Part shown: piece by piece, positions 29,406 to 38,900 of the stretch
Position numbering within the stretch: the first letter of the stretch is position 1
Layout: the number at the start of each line of letters is the position of its first letter
From: a virus
DNA: 64,000 nt
Reading direction: 5' to 3' (one strand)
Virus record (IMG/VR): IMGVR_UViG_3300012936_000006
Location: 12,767-76,766 of that record
The notes under the pieces: generated by a model
The model's input: only the letters and a program-made list of their open reading frames with translations
Databases searched by the model: none
What the model was told of the DNA's origin: nothing
Made by a program: the position numbers and the translations under genes

Positions 29406-30314
29406 ATGAGTGTAGTCGATAAATATTTTTACAACCAAGCAAGCGCACAGAAGCTGGGCTGGGAGCCGTCTTGGTTTGGAGCAGAGAATTTTGAAGACGA
29501 TTTAATTAAAAAGATCAGAGCATTCCAGAGAAAGTTGGGAGTTACTCCTGACGGTCTTTGCGGTCCAGCAACATTTAGAAGAATTTTTACTGAAAGACAG
29601 TCAAACACTTCTTTAATTATTCCGAAGGTACAGTCAAAAACTAATAATTATATTATTTGCAACAGCAAGAAGATTCCAATCAACTGGGATAAAGTTGTTC
29701 TTTGGGATGAGCCCGGTGGTTTGATTTGTGAAGATGATACATATTCATCCTATGCGGGGAAGCCAGAGCGAAAGGTTACAATGTTTGTTAATCACTGGGA
29801 TGTTTGTTTATCATCCGAGTCTTGCGCTCGTGTAATTAAAAATCGTGGCATCAGCGTTCACTTTATGGTTGACAACGACGGCACAATCTATCAGGCTATG
29901 GATACACAACATGCGGCTTGGCAAGCTGGAAATAGAACTGTCAACCATACGTCAGTTGGTGTTGAGATTGCCAACGCTTACTACCAGAAGTATCAGAACT
30001 GGTACAAGAAAAATGGTTTTGGTCCACGACCATTGTGGAAAGACGTGGAGGTTCACGGCAGAAAACTTAAACCGTTTCTCGGATTTTATGATGTTCAGAT
30101 GGAAGCAACAGCGGCAATCTGGAAAGCCATTCATGATGCATACGGTATGCCGCTCGAATGCCCCAGAGGTTCCGATGGTAAGATGCTTACAACAGTAGAT
30201 CCAAAAGTCCCATCGGGCGACTTCGAGGGTGTTGTACACCACTTTCATGTAACCAAAAGAAAGATAGATGCAGGTGGGTTTCCTATTGATGAATACTTGG
30301 AGAAGATAAAGTGA
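29406..30314 (+). CDS. N-acetylmuramoyl-L-alanine amidase with PG-binding domain
   Basis: IRAFQRKLGVTPDGLCGPAT, VNHWD, SVHFMVDNDG, AWQAG, SVGVEI, HFHV...KIDAG. Confidence 0.85.
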   Translation: MSVVDKYFYNQASAQKLGWEPSWFGAENFEDDLIKKIRAFQRKLGVTPDGLCGPATFRRIFTERQSNTSLIIPKVQSKTNNYIICNSKKIPINWDKVVLWDEPGGLICEDDTYSSYAGKPERKVTMFVNHWDVCLSSESCARVIKNRGISVHFMVDNDGTIYQAMDTQHAAWQAGNRTVNHTSVGVEIANAYYQKYQNWYKKNGFGPRPLWKDVEVHGRKLKPFLGFYDVQMEATAAIWKAIHDAYGMPLECPRGSDGKMLTTVDPKVPSGDFEGVVHHFHVTKRKIDAGGFPIDEYLEKIK

Positions 30315-32080
30315 GTTTAGAGGAACAAGTGGCAAAACACTTCGAACAAAGACTTGAGTGGTCTGAGCTGAAAAGCATGATCGCTGAAGCTCTCCAAGAG
30401 GAAAAAGAGAAAGTAATCGCAGAGGGGAGCAAGCCCGGTGGAGTTGATCTTGAGCAAGCGGTCGTTGATGCGATCAATGGAAAACAGCCAAAGCACTTTC
30501 TTCAATTCGTGAGCAACCTTAAATATTCAAAACATCAGTTTACAAGCGCAGACAAGTTAGATGTTGGCACACCTTCCGAAGACTGGCTTTCGTGGGGCGG
30601 TAGAGACAACACCTCAAAAGCCGATATTGTAATCGACGGCAACGGTGTCTCAATGAAGATGGGCGCATCGGCTATGCTATTTGGTTTTGGTCCCGGTGAT
30701 GCCGGGGCGTGCATGGCTGCTGCTCTTAGTTCGCTACCCAATGAGCAGTTCACCCAGAGTGGCGAAGTAAAGCAACTTCTGTCGGCATTGCGCTCAATGG
30801 GCTCTGCTATCGGTAGAGCACCTCTGTCAACATTGAAGAAAGCACGAGAGCTTTCTAGAACTGATGACCAATTCAGTTCAGCAGGAACAGCCGATGACGC
30901 CTTAACACAGGCGGCGGGTAATGTTGGCTATGATTACAGTCCTGAAGCTAGGGCTGAATTATCTAAACAGGTTCAAAAGGCAAAAGATGCAGATAAGAAA
31001 GCTCTCGATAAGATCAGAGGATACATCAAAAAAGGTGTTTTTTCTGTCGATGGAGAAACGGGGGAGCAGGCAGCAAACAACTACAAACTCGGTGATGAGC
31101 TTGAGGCAACCGGGGAACTTACAAAAGATCAGGAAAAATTTCAAAAATATAAAGTAAAGCACGATTCGATCAAGTCACAAGGCAAAGAAAATATGAGCAA
31201 AATTCAGACAATTGAGCAACTAATTGAACATGCAGAAGAGATCGAAAAATTAGAGCAAGCGGTACAAAATATTGAAGAATTGTCGATGAAGGTGATGAGT
31301 GTTCAGACCAACCCAGAACTACGACTTGCTTACTTTACTGAGGCTTTGACCGGTCGTAGAAAGTTTGGTGAAGGCTCGAAAAATGTCGCTACTCACGCAT
31401 TTATTACACAAGAAGATTCTTATTTTTCAAACATCGTACAGGGCGAAGGCAGCAATATTGACAACTTTTTTGTTTATCAGCCCCTCGATGATGCTAATAT
31501 TAAAAAGATTATGAACGCTGCAAATTTTCGTGGAAAGTTTCGTTCAGATGGAATTAAGAAAAAGGTCAGAGGATCGAATAAGAGGACAGGCTTTAACCTA
31601 TTCAGATCTAGTATCATTGCGGAGATTAAATCTTCTACAGAGGGTGGCAAGAAATACCTAGATCAGTTTCGAGGAATGATGAAAGAGGCGTTATCCGAAG
31701 GGATTATTACTCACGATCAGCACGACAACCTTATCACTGAAGGTTTTTTTGGCGATATGGCATCATCTGCGATTGACGGTATCAAAAATATAGCCAGTTC
31801 TGCCGCAGAAAAAGGCGGTGAAGTATTGTCCAAGTGGACTAAGAAAATTAAAGAAGCCTTTTCGGGCATGGTTGACTGGTTTCAGGAAATGTATAAGCGG
31901 GTTTCAGATGCTGTCAAAAAAATGTTGCTTGGTTTTAAAGAGGCGATTAGCGGAGGTATGGAATCTTTCGTCGAGTTCATGGGGCTAACAACCCCAGAGT
32001 TGCTAGAAGAGTTTGATCCGGGCGGTGATGCCAACGGTGATGAGCGTTCAGGCGCATTTTTAACTTTATTTTCTTCTTAA
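30311..32080 (+). CDS. Large hypothetical protein with PD-(D/E)xK-like motif
   Basis: LEQAVV...SKADIV...VSMK; amphipathic C-terminal segment after LITEG. Confidence 0.45.
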   Translation: MSLEEQVAKHFEQRLEWSELKSMIAEALQEEKEKVIAEGSKPGGVDLEQAVVDAINGKQPKHFLQFVSNLKYSKHQFTSADKLDVGTPSEDWLSWGGRDNTSKADIVIDGNGVSMKMGASAMLFGFGPGDAGACMAAALSSLPNEQFTQSGEVKQLLSALRSMGSAIGRAPLSTLKKARELSRTDDQFSSAGTADDALTQAAGNVGYDYSPEARAELSKQVQKAKDADKKALDKIRGYIKKGVFSVDGETGEQAANNYKLGDELEATGELTKDQEKFQKYKVKHDSIKSQGKENMSKIQTIEQLIEHAEEIEKLEQAVQNIEELSMKVMSVQTNPELRLAYFTEALTGRRKFGEGSKNVATHAFITQEDSYFSNIVQGEGSNIDNFFVYQPLDDANIKKIMNAANFRGKFRSDGIKKKVRGSNKRTGFNLFRSSIIAEIKSSTEGGKKYLDQFRGMMKEALSEGIITHDQHDNLITEGFFGDMASSAIDGIKNIASSAAEKGGEVLSKWTKKIKEAFSGMVDWFQEMYKRVSDAVKKMLLGFKEAISGGMESFVEFMGLTTPELLEEFDPGGDANGDERSGAFLTLFSS

Positions 32081-32130
32081 CAAAATATATAAACAAAGCT
32101 ATAATAATAAATAACCATATTGGAGGTAAC

Positions 32131-33705
32131 GTGAGCAAGGTTTATAATAGTCACTCATCACTGAATGAGAAAATCCTAACAGGTGTTAACACACTAGCCG
32201 ACAACGTAGCGGCAACCCTTGGACCCAAGGGCAGAAACGTAATTTTAAAAACTAAAGACGGCAATCCGGTCATTACCAAGGACGGTGTGACAGTTGCAAA
32301 GTTTGTAGAGCTATCTGATCCTTTTGAAAATCTTGGAGCGCAGGTAATTAAGCAGGCTTCTCAGGTCACTAATACCAATGCTGGCGACGGCACTACCACT
32401 GCGACCGTATTGGCAAGGGAGATCGTTACACAGGCACAAAAATATATTGCTGCTGGCTCATCCCCGGTAGAGATTAAGAGAGGTATGGATGAGGCAACAG
32501 AGGTTGTCATCGATACACTAGCTGAAATGGCAACACCCATTAGGAGCGAGGCAGAGGTGGCTAATGTGGCTACCATTTCAGCTAATGGCGACGAGAAGAT
32601 TGGAAAGTTAATTGCAATGGCTATCGATCAGGCAGGAAAAGATGGAGGGATCTCCATCGAGTCTGGTAAGTCCATGCACACTACTCTAGATTTGGTAGAG
32701 GGTTTTCGATTTGACTCTGGATACATTTCATCCTCCTTTGTGACAGACCAGCGACTAGCAAAGATGAGATACAGCGATCCTTATATCTTGGTTGCTGACA
32801 CAAATATTTCTGCCGTAGAGCAGTTGCTGCCCACACTAGAGCAGGTAGCCAGAGAGGGCAAACCACTGGTTATCGTAGCTGAGAACGTGGAGGGACAGGC
32901 ACTAGCGGCACTAATCATGAACACTGTCCGTGGAAACATGAAGGTTGCAGCGGTCAAGGCTCCGATGTATGGAGAAGAGCGAAGAAATATTCTCCGTGAC
33001 TTGGCACTCAGCACAGGCGCAACTTTCGTATCAAGAGAGACCGGCTTAGCACTTGAAGATGTGAAGCTAGAACACTTGGGTATTGCAAAAACTATTGAAA
33101 GCACACGAGGCTCCACAGTTGTTATTGATGGTGCTGGCACTGCGAGCGAGGTTGATGAGAAGATTGAACTTCTAAAGGCAGAAGTCCAGACAATTAAAGA
33201 TCTTCATGAGGCAGAGAAGATTCAAGAAAGAATTACGAGGCTCGCAAGTGGTGTCGCCATCATTCGAGTAGGCGGTACAACTGAGGTAGAGATGATCGAA
33301 ACAAAGCACAGAATTGAAGATGCCTTATCCGCAGTTAAGTCTGCACAGGAGCAAGGCGTTGTAGCTGGTGGAGGTGTCGCACTACTGAGGGCATCTGTCG
33401 CACTTGCAGACTGCCAGTGTTCAAATCCTGATAGGCAAGCTGGAATTGAAATTATTAAACAGGCTCTTTGTGGTCCGATCAAACAGATGTGTTTGAACTC
33501 AGGAGAATCACCAGATCTTGTTATCGCTAGCGTCTGCGAGGCTGATACTGATGTGGGTTTTAATTTTGCAACAGGTCAGTTAGAGAATCTAATAAGCTCG
33601 GGAGTAATCGATCCAGCTAAGGTTACAAAAAATGCATTGCAAAATGCTGTTTCTGCTGCTGGAACTCTGTTGACGACAAATCATGCAATTGTGGAAGTGG
33701 ATTAA
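32131..33705 (+). CDS. groEL: Chaperonin GroEL
   Basis: TLGPKGRNV, ITKDGVTVAK, AGDGTTTATVLA, GVVAGGG, GVIDPAKV. Confidence 0.97.
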   Translation: MSKVYNSHSSLNEKILTGVNTLADNVAATLGPKGRNVILKTKDGNPVITKDGVTVAKFVELSDPFENLGAQVIKQASQVTNTNAGDGTTTATVLAREIVTQAQKYIAAGSSPVEIKRGMDEATEVVIDTLAEMATPIRSEAEVANVATISANGDEKIGKLIAMAIDQAGKDGGISIESGKSMHTTLDLVEGFRFDSGYISSSFVTDQRLAKMRYSDPYILVADTNISAVEQLLPTLEQVAREGKPLVIVAENVEGQALAALIMNTVRGNMKVAAVKAPMYGEERRNILRDLALSTGATFVSRETGLALEDVKLEHLGIAKTIESTRGSTVVIDGAGTASEVDEKIELLKAEVQTIKDLHEAEKIQERITRLASGVAIIRVGGTTEVEMIETKHRIEDALSAVKSAQEQGVVAGGGVALLRASVALADCQCSNPDRQAGIEIIKQALCGPIKQMCLNSGESPDLVIASVCEADTDVGFNFATGQLENLISSGVIDPAKVTKNALQNAVSAAGTLLTTNHAIVEVD

Positions 33706-33748
33706 GCATCTCAGCAACTACTTATAAGTGACTCGGGAGGGCTTCATC

Positions 33749-34147
33749 ATGTCTGAACAACTAGAAAAAGCATTAGAAAATATAATTTCTCAGATGGAAA
33801 CGATTGAGAAAAAGTTTGATGAGAAACATAAACTGGTGGCAGAGCATCCATCACAAAATGGTGGATGGAAGCGACTAGAGAATGCGCTACAAAGAATCGA
33901 AGCGCAAGTTACGGCTATCGATATTTCTCTCAACGATCCAAACACAGGTGCTATCGCAAAATTAAATGATCAGATTGCATGGAGAGGTCGAGTTGACCCA
34001 ATCTTAGATGCCAACAGAAAGCAAGATGAAAGAATTTTAAAACTAGAAATGCAGCTTGCTCTGTATAATAAGTTGACATGGGCTCTTGGTCTTGGTACAA
34101 TAGGCTTGATAGTAAAATCCCTAATGGGTTTGATCATCACGCCATAA
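33749..34147 (+). CDS. Coiled-coil protein with C-terminal TM helix (holin/hemolysin-like?)
   Basis: Heptad pattern plus LTWALGLGTIGLIVKSLMGLII; CTACTTA upstream. Confidence 0.45.
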   Translation: MSEQLEKALENIISQMETIEKKFDEKHKLVAEHPSQNGGWKRLENALQRIEAQVTAIDISLNDPNTGAIAKLNDQIAWRGRVDPILDANRKQDERILKLEMQLALYNKLTWALGLGTIGLIVKSLMGLIITP

Positions 34148-34176
34148 AAAAAATCAAAAAAACTTTAAAGAAATGC

Positions 34177-34205
34177 TTGACATTACCATCACTCTTTGCT
34201 ATATT
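34177..34205 (+). promoter_or_regulatory. Sigma70 promoter
   Basis: TTGACA-17-TATATT with extended TG. Confidence 0.75.
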
Positions 34206-34211
34206 GTATAT

Positions 34212-34375
34212 GTGATTGAGAGAGAGGATATTTCGCCCGTGGGGGCTGTAGACCAGAGCGAACAGTTGGTAAGTCTTACGAGCAATAAAGCTGTTCCGTG
34301 GTTGCGTAAGCGTGAGTGTGATACTCAGGGCAGGCTACAGCCAGTTGAGGGAAGTTGGGAACCCTTGGCATTTAT
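34212..34375 (+). ncRNA. Candidate structured noncoding RNA with pseudoknot
   Basis: Has its own promoter, no convincing ORF, and is locally GC-rich. Helices 34244-51/34335-42 and 34260-67/34289-96, pseudoknot 34275-80/34305-10, hairpin 34313-17/34323-27. Confidence 0.5.
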
Positions 34376-34399
34376 TTTAAAACTTTTTAAAGAAATACC

Positions 34400-34428
34400 T
34401 TGACAAACTGTTGCGACAGTGCTATATT
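34400..34428 (+). promoter_or_regulatory. Sigma70 promoter
   Basis: TTGACA-17-TATATT with extended TG. Confidence 0.75.
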
Positions 34429-34458
34429 ATATATGTACTGATGATGAGAGGTTACTAA

Positions 34459-35244
34459 ATGGGTTTGCGTCAACGTCTTGAAAATCTGGTTTCCAACCCC
34501 TTGGTGGTTGATTCACCTGATTATAACTTTGCCAAAAGTTTGCTTGAACACTACAACAGGAAAGGTAGCCTAACAACAGGTCGCCGCCCTTGGCTAGATC
34601 GTCTGGAAGAAAAATACAACCCAGAGACTTATGTAAACCCGCTCGCTGGCAACCCGACTGCTGAAAAACTCACAGCATTGCTTGGTCGTGTCGATGTTTC
34701 TGAGCGTGATAAGAACTTTCTTACCTCTCTTAAAAGCAACTTGGCTCGATACGGTTCGCTCACAGAGCGTCAACTGAATGCCCTTGAACGCATAGCTGAG
34801 CGTTATTCTGATGAGGGTCAGGCTCGTATTGCTGAGTGGGCTGAGACTTACCGCAGTCGTCGTGATGAGGCTGTCATTGCTGCCAACTATTACTTGAGCA
34901 ATCCACCTTACTACGGTGAATTGGCTTTGAAGATTACTAGCGATCCTGACTTTGTTCCCACTGAGCGTCAGTTCAATGCCATTACTCAGAACAAGTATGC
35001 TCAAAAGGTTATTGCTGCTACCTTGTCTGAGCCGCTATACCCAGAGGGTATGTTGATTGAGGGGCGTGCTTCGGGTAGGCTCATGATTCGTGGCAAGAAA
35101 GCTTTCGTCATGAAAGTAAATCATGGTCATGTTGTCAACGCTGCAAAAGGCACTAAGCGTTACTTGGTGCTTCCAATCGGTGCGCCTACTCCGATTGTGG
35201 TTGAAGAGCGTGAAATCAAGAAAGTTAAGAAGTTAAAAAAGTAG
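34459..35244 (+). CDS. Hypothetical early protein
   Basis: Own promoter, RBS and terminator; repeated FxxSLxxxxxRxGSLT.RQ motif. Confidence 0.65.
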   Translation: MGLRQRLENLVSNPLVVDSPDYNFAKSLLEHYNRKGSLTTGRRPWLDRLEEKYNPETYVNPLAGNPTAEKLTALLGRVDVSERDKNFLTSLKSNLARYGSLTERQLNALERIAERYSDEGQARIAEWAETYRSRRDEAVIAANYYLSNPPYYGELALKITSDPDFVPTERQFNAITQNKYAQKVIAATLSEPLYPEGMLIEGRASGRLMIRGKKAFVMKVNHGHVVNAAKGTKRYLVLPIGAPTPIVVEEREIKKVKKLKK

Positions 35245-35253
35245 GTTTTTAAA

Positions 35254-35283
35254 ATGCGGAGGGCTTGCGCTCTCTGCATATTT
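35254..35283 (+). terminator. Intrinsic terminator
   Basis: atgcggagggc-ttgc-gctctctgcat followed by ATTT. Confidence 0.55.
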
Positions 35284-35301
35284 GTATATGGAGTAATAAT
35301 A

Positions 35302-35682
35302 ATGGATAGGGTAAAAGTTAGTTATGCGGTGGATCTAGATGATGTACCGAGGGTAGCCGATCAGATATACGAAGAGGCGATTGGCGATCTTCAAAAAGTA
35401 TTATCTATGATGCAGGGGGTTATATTTTCAGAGCAGTCGATTCCTGTTTTGTCAGAAAAAGTAAGACAGATCAGAACCAGTCTTGCTCGAATTGATCAGA
35501 GGATCGATGATTGTTATGCAATCACCGCAGGCTATCATAGTTCTATCATCGAGCCTGAAGGCACAGTTGCATCTACTGTACAAGGACTACCAGAAGAGCA
35601 GCACGAGCAAGTTATGAACCTGTCAGGCAAGATTGCAGCATTGCAAAGAGCAATGGCAGGTAGTGAAGATGACGGGCAATAA
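35302..35682 (+). CDS. Hypothetical protein
   Basis: ATG after GGAG RBS. Confidence 0.55.
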   Translation: MDRVKVSYAVDLDDVPRVADQIYEEAIGDLQKVLSMMQGVIFSEQSIPVLSEKVRQIRTSLARIDQRIDDCYAITAGYHSSIIEPEGTVASTVQGLPEEQHEQVMNLSGKIAALQRAMAGSEDDGQ

Positions 35683-35884
35683 GGGAGACTTAGTTTATAT
35701 CCCTGCTAGTGCCACTCTGATAAAGAGACGGTCGAGTGATGCAGCGGTAGTAGCCTATGCTCATCCTGACAAGCCAATAAACGTCCTTTGCATTGGCGAG
35801 ACGGATGGGTACAAGAAAATTATTTATAAGTCAGAAGTCTGGCTGGTAAGTAAAGAGCATGTTTATTTAGCAAAAAGGAGTTAA
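35669..35884 (+). CDS. Small GDLV-family SH3-like protein
   Basis: KGDLVYIP motif. Confidence 0.5.
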   Translation: MTGNKGDLVYIPASATLIKRRSSDAAVVAYAHPDKPINVLCIGETDGYKKIIYKSEVWLVSKEHVYLAKRS

Positions 35885-35885
35885 T

Positions 35886-36197
35886 ATGTTTGTTACGTTG
35901 ACAGAGGTTGTAGAAAATACTACAACTACAAATATCACTAGTGGTTCAAACACTAGGTTTACATTGCGAGAAGTTACAATTAATCCAGAATATGTTGTCT
36001 GCGTTCGAGAAGACTCTGGAATGAAGCAGATGTTAACGGAGGGTATGTTGCCGCCGCAACTGAATGGTGGGCTGCGGTTTACTCGTGTTTATCTTGATCG
36101 TGGTCAGTCGGGGATTGATATTGTGGTGGTGGGAAACCCGCAGGCAATCGAAGAAAAGCTTTTGCCGAATAAAGCCAAGGGTGTTTTGAATGGCTAG
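35886..36197 (+). CDS. FlbD-like small protein
   Basis: MFVTLTEV...INPEYVVCVRE...IVVVGNPQAIEEKL resembles the FlbD family pattern. Confidence 0.4.
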   Translation: MFVTLTEVVENTTTTNITSGSNTRFTLREVTINPEYVVCVREDSGMKQMLTEGMLPPQLNGGLRFTRVYLDRGQSGIDIVVVGNPQAIEEKLLPNKAKGVLNG

Positions 36198-36438
36198 TCA
36201 GATAAAGATCATAACTGTACCCGGTTGCCCTTGGTGTAAAAAGGCGATTGATCTTGCTCTGGAAATAAGAGAGCAGGGGTACGACCTAGAGGTTGTTAAA
36301 ATGTCTTGGGGTCAAGAACTACGTGAGGTCCAATCAAAACACGAGGGGTGGAAGACTGTGCCGATGGTCTATGTTGACGAATCTTTTATTGGCGGCTTCA
36401 CTGATTTTAAGGAGTATGTAGATGCTAGACAAAAATAA
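36190..36438 (+). CDS. Glutaredoxin
   Basis: CPWC, KTVP, FIGGFTD. Confidence 0.9.
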   Translation: MASQIKIITVPGCPWCKKAIDLALEIREQGYDLEVVKMSWGQELREVQSKHEGWKTVPMVYVDESFIGGFTDFKEYVDARQK

Positions 36439-36934
36439 GTTAAAGAAGCTTAAAGAGCGAGCAGCAAAACTTCACGCCACCACAGAGGAACCAACAGGTA
36501 TCCCATGTCAGTTCTTAAAGCAGCATCAGTATGCAGATTTTGTTACGATGGAAGATGCCCCTGAAAGATGTGGAAGTTATCACGGTTCTGTCTGGCATGA
36601 GGTTGAAGGCTTCGGCGTCAAGAAATGGGTTGTCGGTGGTCATGTAGTGATCGACTACGATAAATATCGACAGCAGGGCATGGCAGACGAAGAAATTCTT
36701 CGTGGCTGTGTTGAATATTTAAATTGTCCTCCGAAGAGAAAAAAGTATGCTAAGCGTACACCGAAGCCACTATACGGGACTCTTGATGATATGCCGATTC
36801 GACATAAGTTTATGGAGAAGAACGGGCAAAAATGCATTATGATGATACTGGTAACAGATCAGAGAAAGAATAAAAATTTTCACGGCGAGGGACAGTTCAT
36901 TGGCAAAAAATTCCGAAGAAAACGACTGGATTGA
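36422..36934 (+). CDS. Hypothetical protein
   Basis: 170-aa ORF with AAGGAG RBS. Confidence 0.55.
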   Translation: MLDKNKLKKLKERAAKLHATTEEPTGIPCQFLKQHQYADFVTMEDAPERCGSYHGSVWHEVEGFGVKKWVVGGHVVIDYDKYRQQGMADEEILRGCVEYLNCPPKRKKYAKRTPKPLYGTLDDMPIRHKFMEKNGQKCIMMILVTDQRKNKNFHGEGQFIGKKFRRKRLD

Positions 36935-37373
36935 AGCTCAGATTGACTTGATCGTAGAGTATCTAGACACCTTAGATGTTGTAGTTGAGTTTGGTGGTCA
37001 CATCAATGCCTATTTCTTTGAAGATGGGCTAATAACCATAACCAAAAAACAATCACTCAGGTCTAGATTGTATAGCTTGCTGCACGAAGCGGGTCATGTA
37101 CGACTCAGAAAGCGTGAGCCGCTGCGATTTGTAGGAGACTTAAACGTCGGAGTTAAAAACCGTCAAGAGCGTATTGATATACTTCATGAAGAGTTTTTAG
37201 CGTGGGATGAGGGTTATCAAGTTTCAGAAGAGTTGAATTTGAACATTAGTCGATCAAACTGGAAGAGGTTCTCACAAAAGAATTTATATGACTATATCGC
37301 ATGGGCATATAGTCCAAAGCTGTTTAGGGAAAGAAATGAACGAAGAGTTAAAACTACCAATAAAAGCTCTTGA
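36900..37373 (+). CDS. HExxH metallopeptidase-like (ImmA/IrrE-type)
   Basis: SLLHEAGH followed by EEFLAW. Confidence 0.55.
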   Translation: MAKNSEENDWIEAQIDLIVEYLDTLDVVVEFGGHINAYFFEDGLITITKKQSLRSRLYSLLHEAGHVRLRKREPLRFVGDLNVGVKNRQERIDILHEEFLAWDEGYQVSEELNLNISRSNWKRFSQKNLYDYIAWAYSPKLFRERNERRVKTTNKSS

Positions 37374-37671
37374 CGTGGTGCTTCACGAGTCGAAGATAAA
37401 TTTATCTATATTGTCGATGCATCTCGAACACCTGATTGGTAAGTATTCATCTGAGAGTTGGGATCATACGGCTATACCTTTAATTTGTAACCTATACGCA
37501 TGCTACACAAGTATGGTAAAATATATTGAAGTTGATGGTCAATATAAAATTGAAGGCGATTACGTTATTATTGATGCGATTGAGTTGGATGTTTTATCTA
37601 CCCTTCTAACCGAATCTAGAAAAATGTCAAAAGACATTGAAGAGCATGGTTTGTCGATGAGGATTCATTAA
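37336..37671 (+). CDS. Hypothetical protein
   Basis: Coupled ORF. Confidence 0.45.
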   Translation: MNEELKLPIKALDVVLHESKINLSILSMHLEHLIGKYSSESWDHTAIPLICNLYACYTSMVKYIEVDGQYKIEGDYVIIDAIELDVLSTLLTESRKMSKDIEEHGLSMRIH

Positions 37672-38592
37672 GTGCAGAAGTCAGTATACGATAGGTTTAA
37701 AGATTATGAAAAAGATCACTGTTGGCAGTATGATGTTAGGGTGCAAAACCTAGAAGAAGATCTAATTAATGCTAATCTTACAAAAGAGTTTGCTGACGGT
37801 CTCCGTATTTCTGATTTTGAGTTTGAGTATGTTGAGAAGACCGATAAAATTAAATGTGAAGAGATTAAATTATTTATTGAAAGGCATGAATGGCTGGGTA
37901 AGCTTCCAAAGATGCCCACTCATCGCTTTACAGCGAGGTTAAAAACAAATGGAATATTGGCAGGTGTGGTGGTTATGTCAACCCCGAATGCATTTTCGCA
38001 CATTCTGGGAAAAGAAAACCGAGACAAAGAAAAATTAGTAGCTAGAGGTGCCAGCATTAGTTGGTCGCCAAAGAACTTAGGCTCATGGCTTGTTTCTAGT
38101 TCAGTCAAGTGGATGGTGAGCAACACAGATTTTAGAGTGTTTACGGCTTATTCAGATCCCGAGGCAAAAGAGTTAGGTACAATATATCAAGCTATGAACT
38201 GGTATTATCTTGGTCAGACTAGTGGCACACAAAAACAATACTTTGACCCGAATAGACCATCGGCTGGCTGGTTCAGTGATCGAGAGTTTAGAAAGAGATC
38301 AAAGTATAGAACCTATGCTAGAAACATCGGACTGTCTGATGAGCAGTGGAAGTCTATGATGAAAAAATATTCTCCAAATTGGGAGATCATACCTACGCAT
38401 ATAAAACAAGCAATAAAAAAAGAAGAATCTAAATATCGAGACTCCTGTTTGTCACGCCCAGTTCCAAGGAAACATAAATACTGTTATATTCTTGGCAGAG
38501 ACAAGAGAGAAACAAGAGAGTTGCAAAAATTATTTACAGAATTAAATCCCCGCAAGGTCAATCTGCCTTACCCAAAAAAACGGGGAAAATAG
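37672..38592 (+). CDS. Mom-like (GNAT-fold) DNA adenine-modification enzyme
   Basis: FIERHEWLG, AYSDPEAKELGTIYQAMNWYYLG, KHKY, LPYPK are typical of Mu Mom homologs. Confidence 0.65.
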   Translation: MQKSVYDRFKDYEKDHCWQYDVRVQNLEEDLINANLTKEFADGLRISDFEFEYVEKTDKIKCEEIKLFIERHEWLGKLPKMPTHRFTARLKTNGILAGVVVMSTPNAFSHILGKENRDKEKLVARGASISWSPKNLGSWLVSSSVKWMVSNTDFRVFTAYSDPEAKELGTIYQAMNWYYLGQTSGTQKQYFDPNRPSAGWFSDREFRKRSKYRTYARNIGLSDEQWKSMMKKYSPNWEIIPTHIKQAIKKEESKYRDSCLSRPVPRKHKYCYILGRDKRETRELQKLFTELNPRKVNLPYPKKRGK

Positions 38593-38601
38593 AAAAATTT
38601 C

Positions 38602-38629
38602 TTGACAAATTTCTAATATAGTGTATACT
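38602..38629 (+). promoter_or_regulatory. Sigma70 promoter
   Basis: TTGACA-16-TATACT. Confidence 0.55.
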
Positions 38630-38663
38630 TATGTCTTCACAAATTTGATTATGGAGGTGAAAA

Positions 38664-38840
38664 ATGAAAGTTTTATTTGGTGCTTTGATGTTGGCTTTCC
38701 TTGCAACTGGTGCTGCTTCTTTTAACAGTGAAGAGGCGAAGCCGAAAGTAGAGGAACCTGTGTTGGTTGAGTATATCGACTTCCAGCCGATGATTATTAT
38801 TGCAGAGCCAAGAAAAACCTTAACAAATTTTAATTTTTAG
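38664..38840 (+). CDS. Small secreted protein, 58 aa (not in ORF track)
   Basis: GGAGGTG RBS; MKVLFGALMLAFLATGAA signal-like N-terminus. Confidence 0.6.
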   Translation: MKVLFGALMLAFLATGAASFNSEEAKPKVEEPVLVEYIDFQPMIIIAEPRKTLTNFNF

Positions 38841-38900
38841 GGTATATTTATATTGATGGGGGTAAAAACCCACGCTCTTTGAAAAAAATATAAAAAACAC

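Noticed and set aside
34268-34335. Canonical pistol ribozyme or RNase P RNA call
   Set aside because: The P1 stem cannot be formed and the cleavage-site dinucleotide is GG; the region is too short and lacks the RNase P GAGGAAAGUCC core. Kept only as an unclassified ncRNA.
34173-34403. 76-aa ORF in the track
   Set aside because: It starts upstream of and runs through promoter elements and has no RBS; the region is better explained as a structured RNA.
34438-34444. CTGATGA hammerhead core
   Set aside because: No matching GAAA or flanking stems; it lies in a short 5' UTR.
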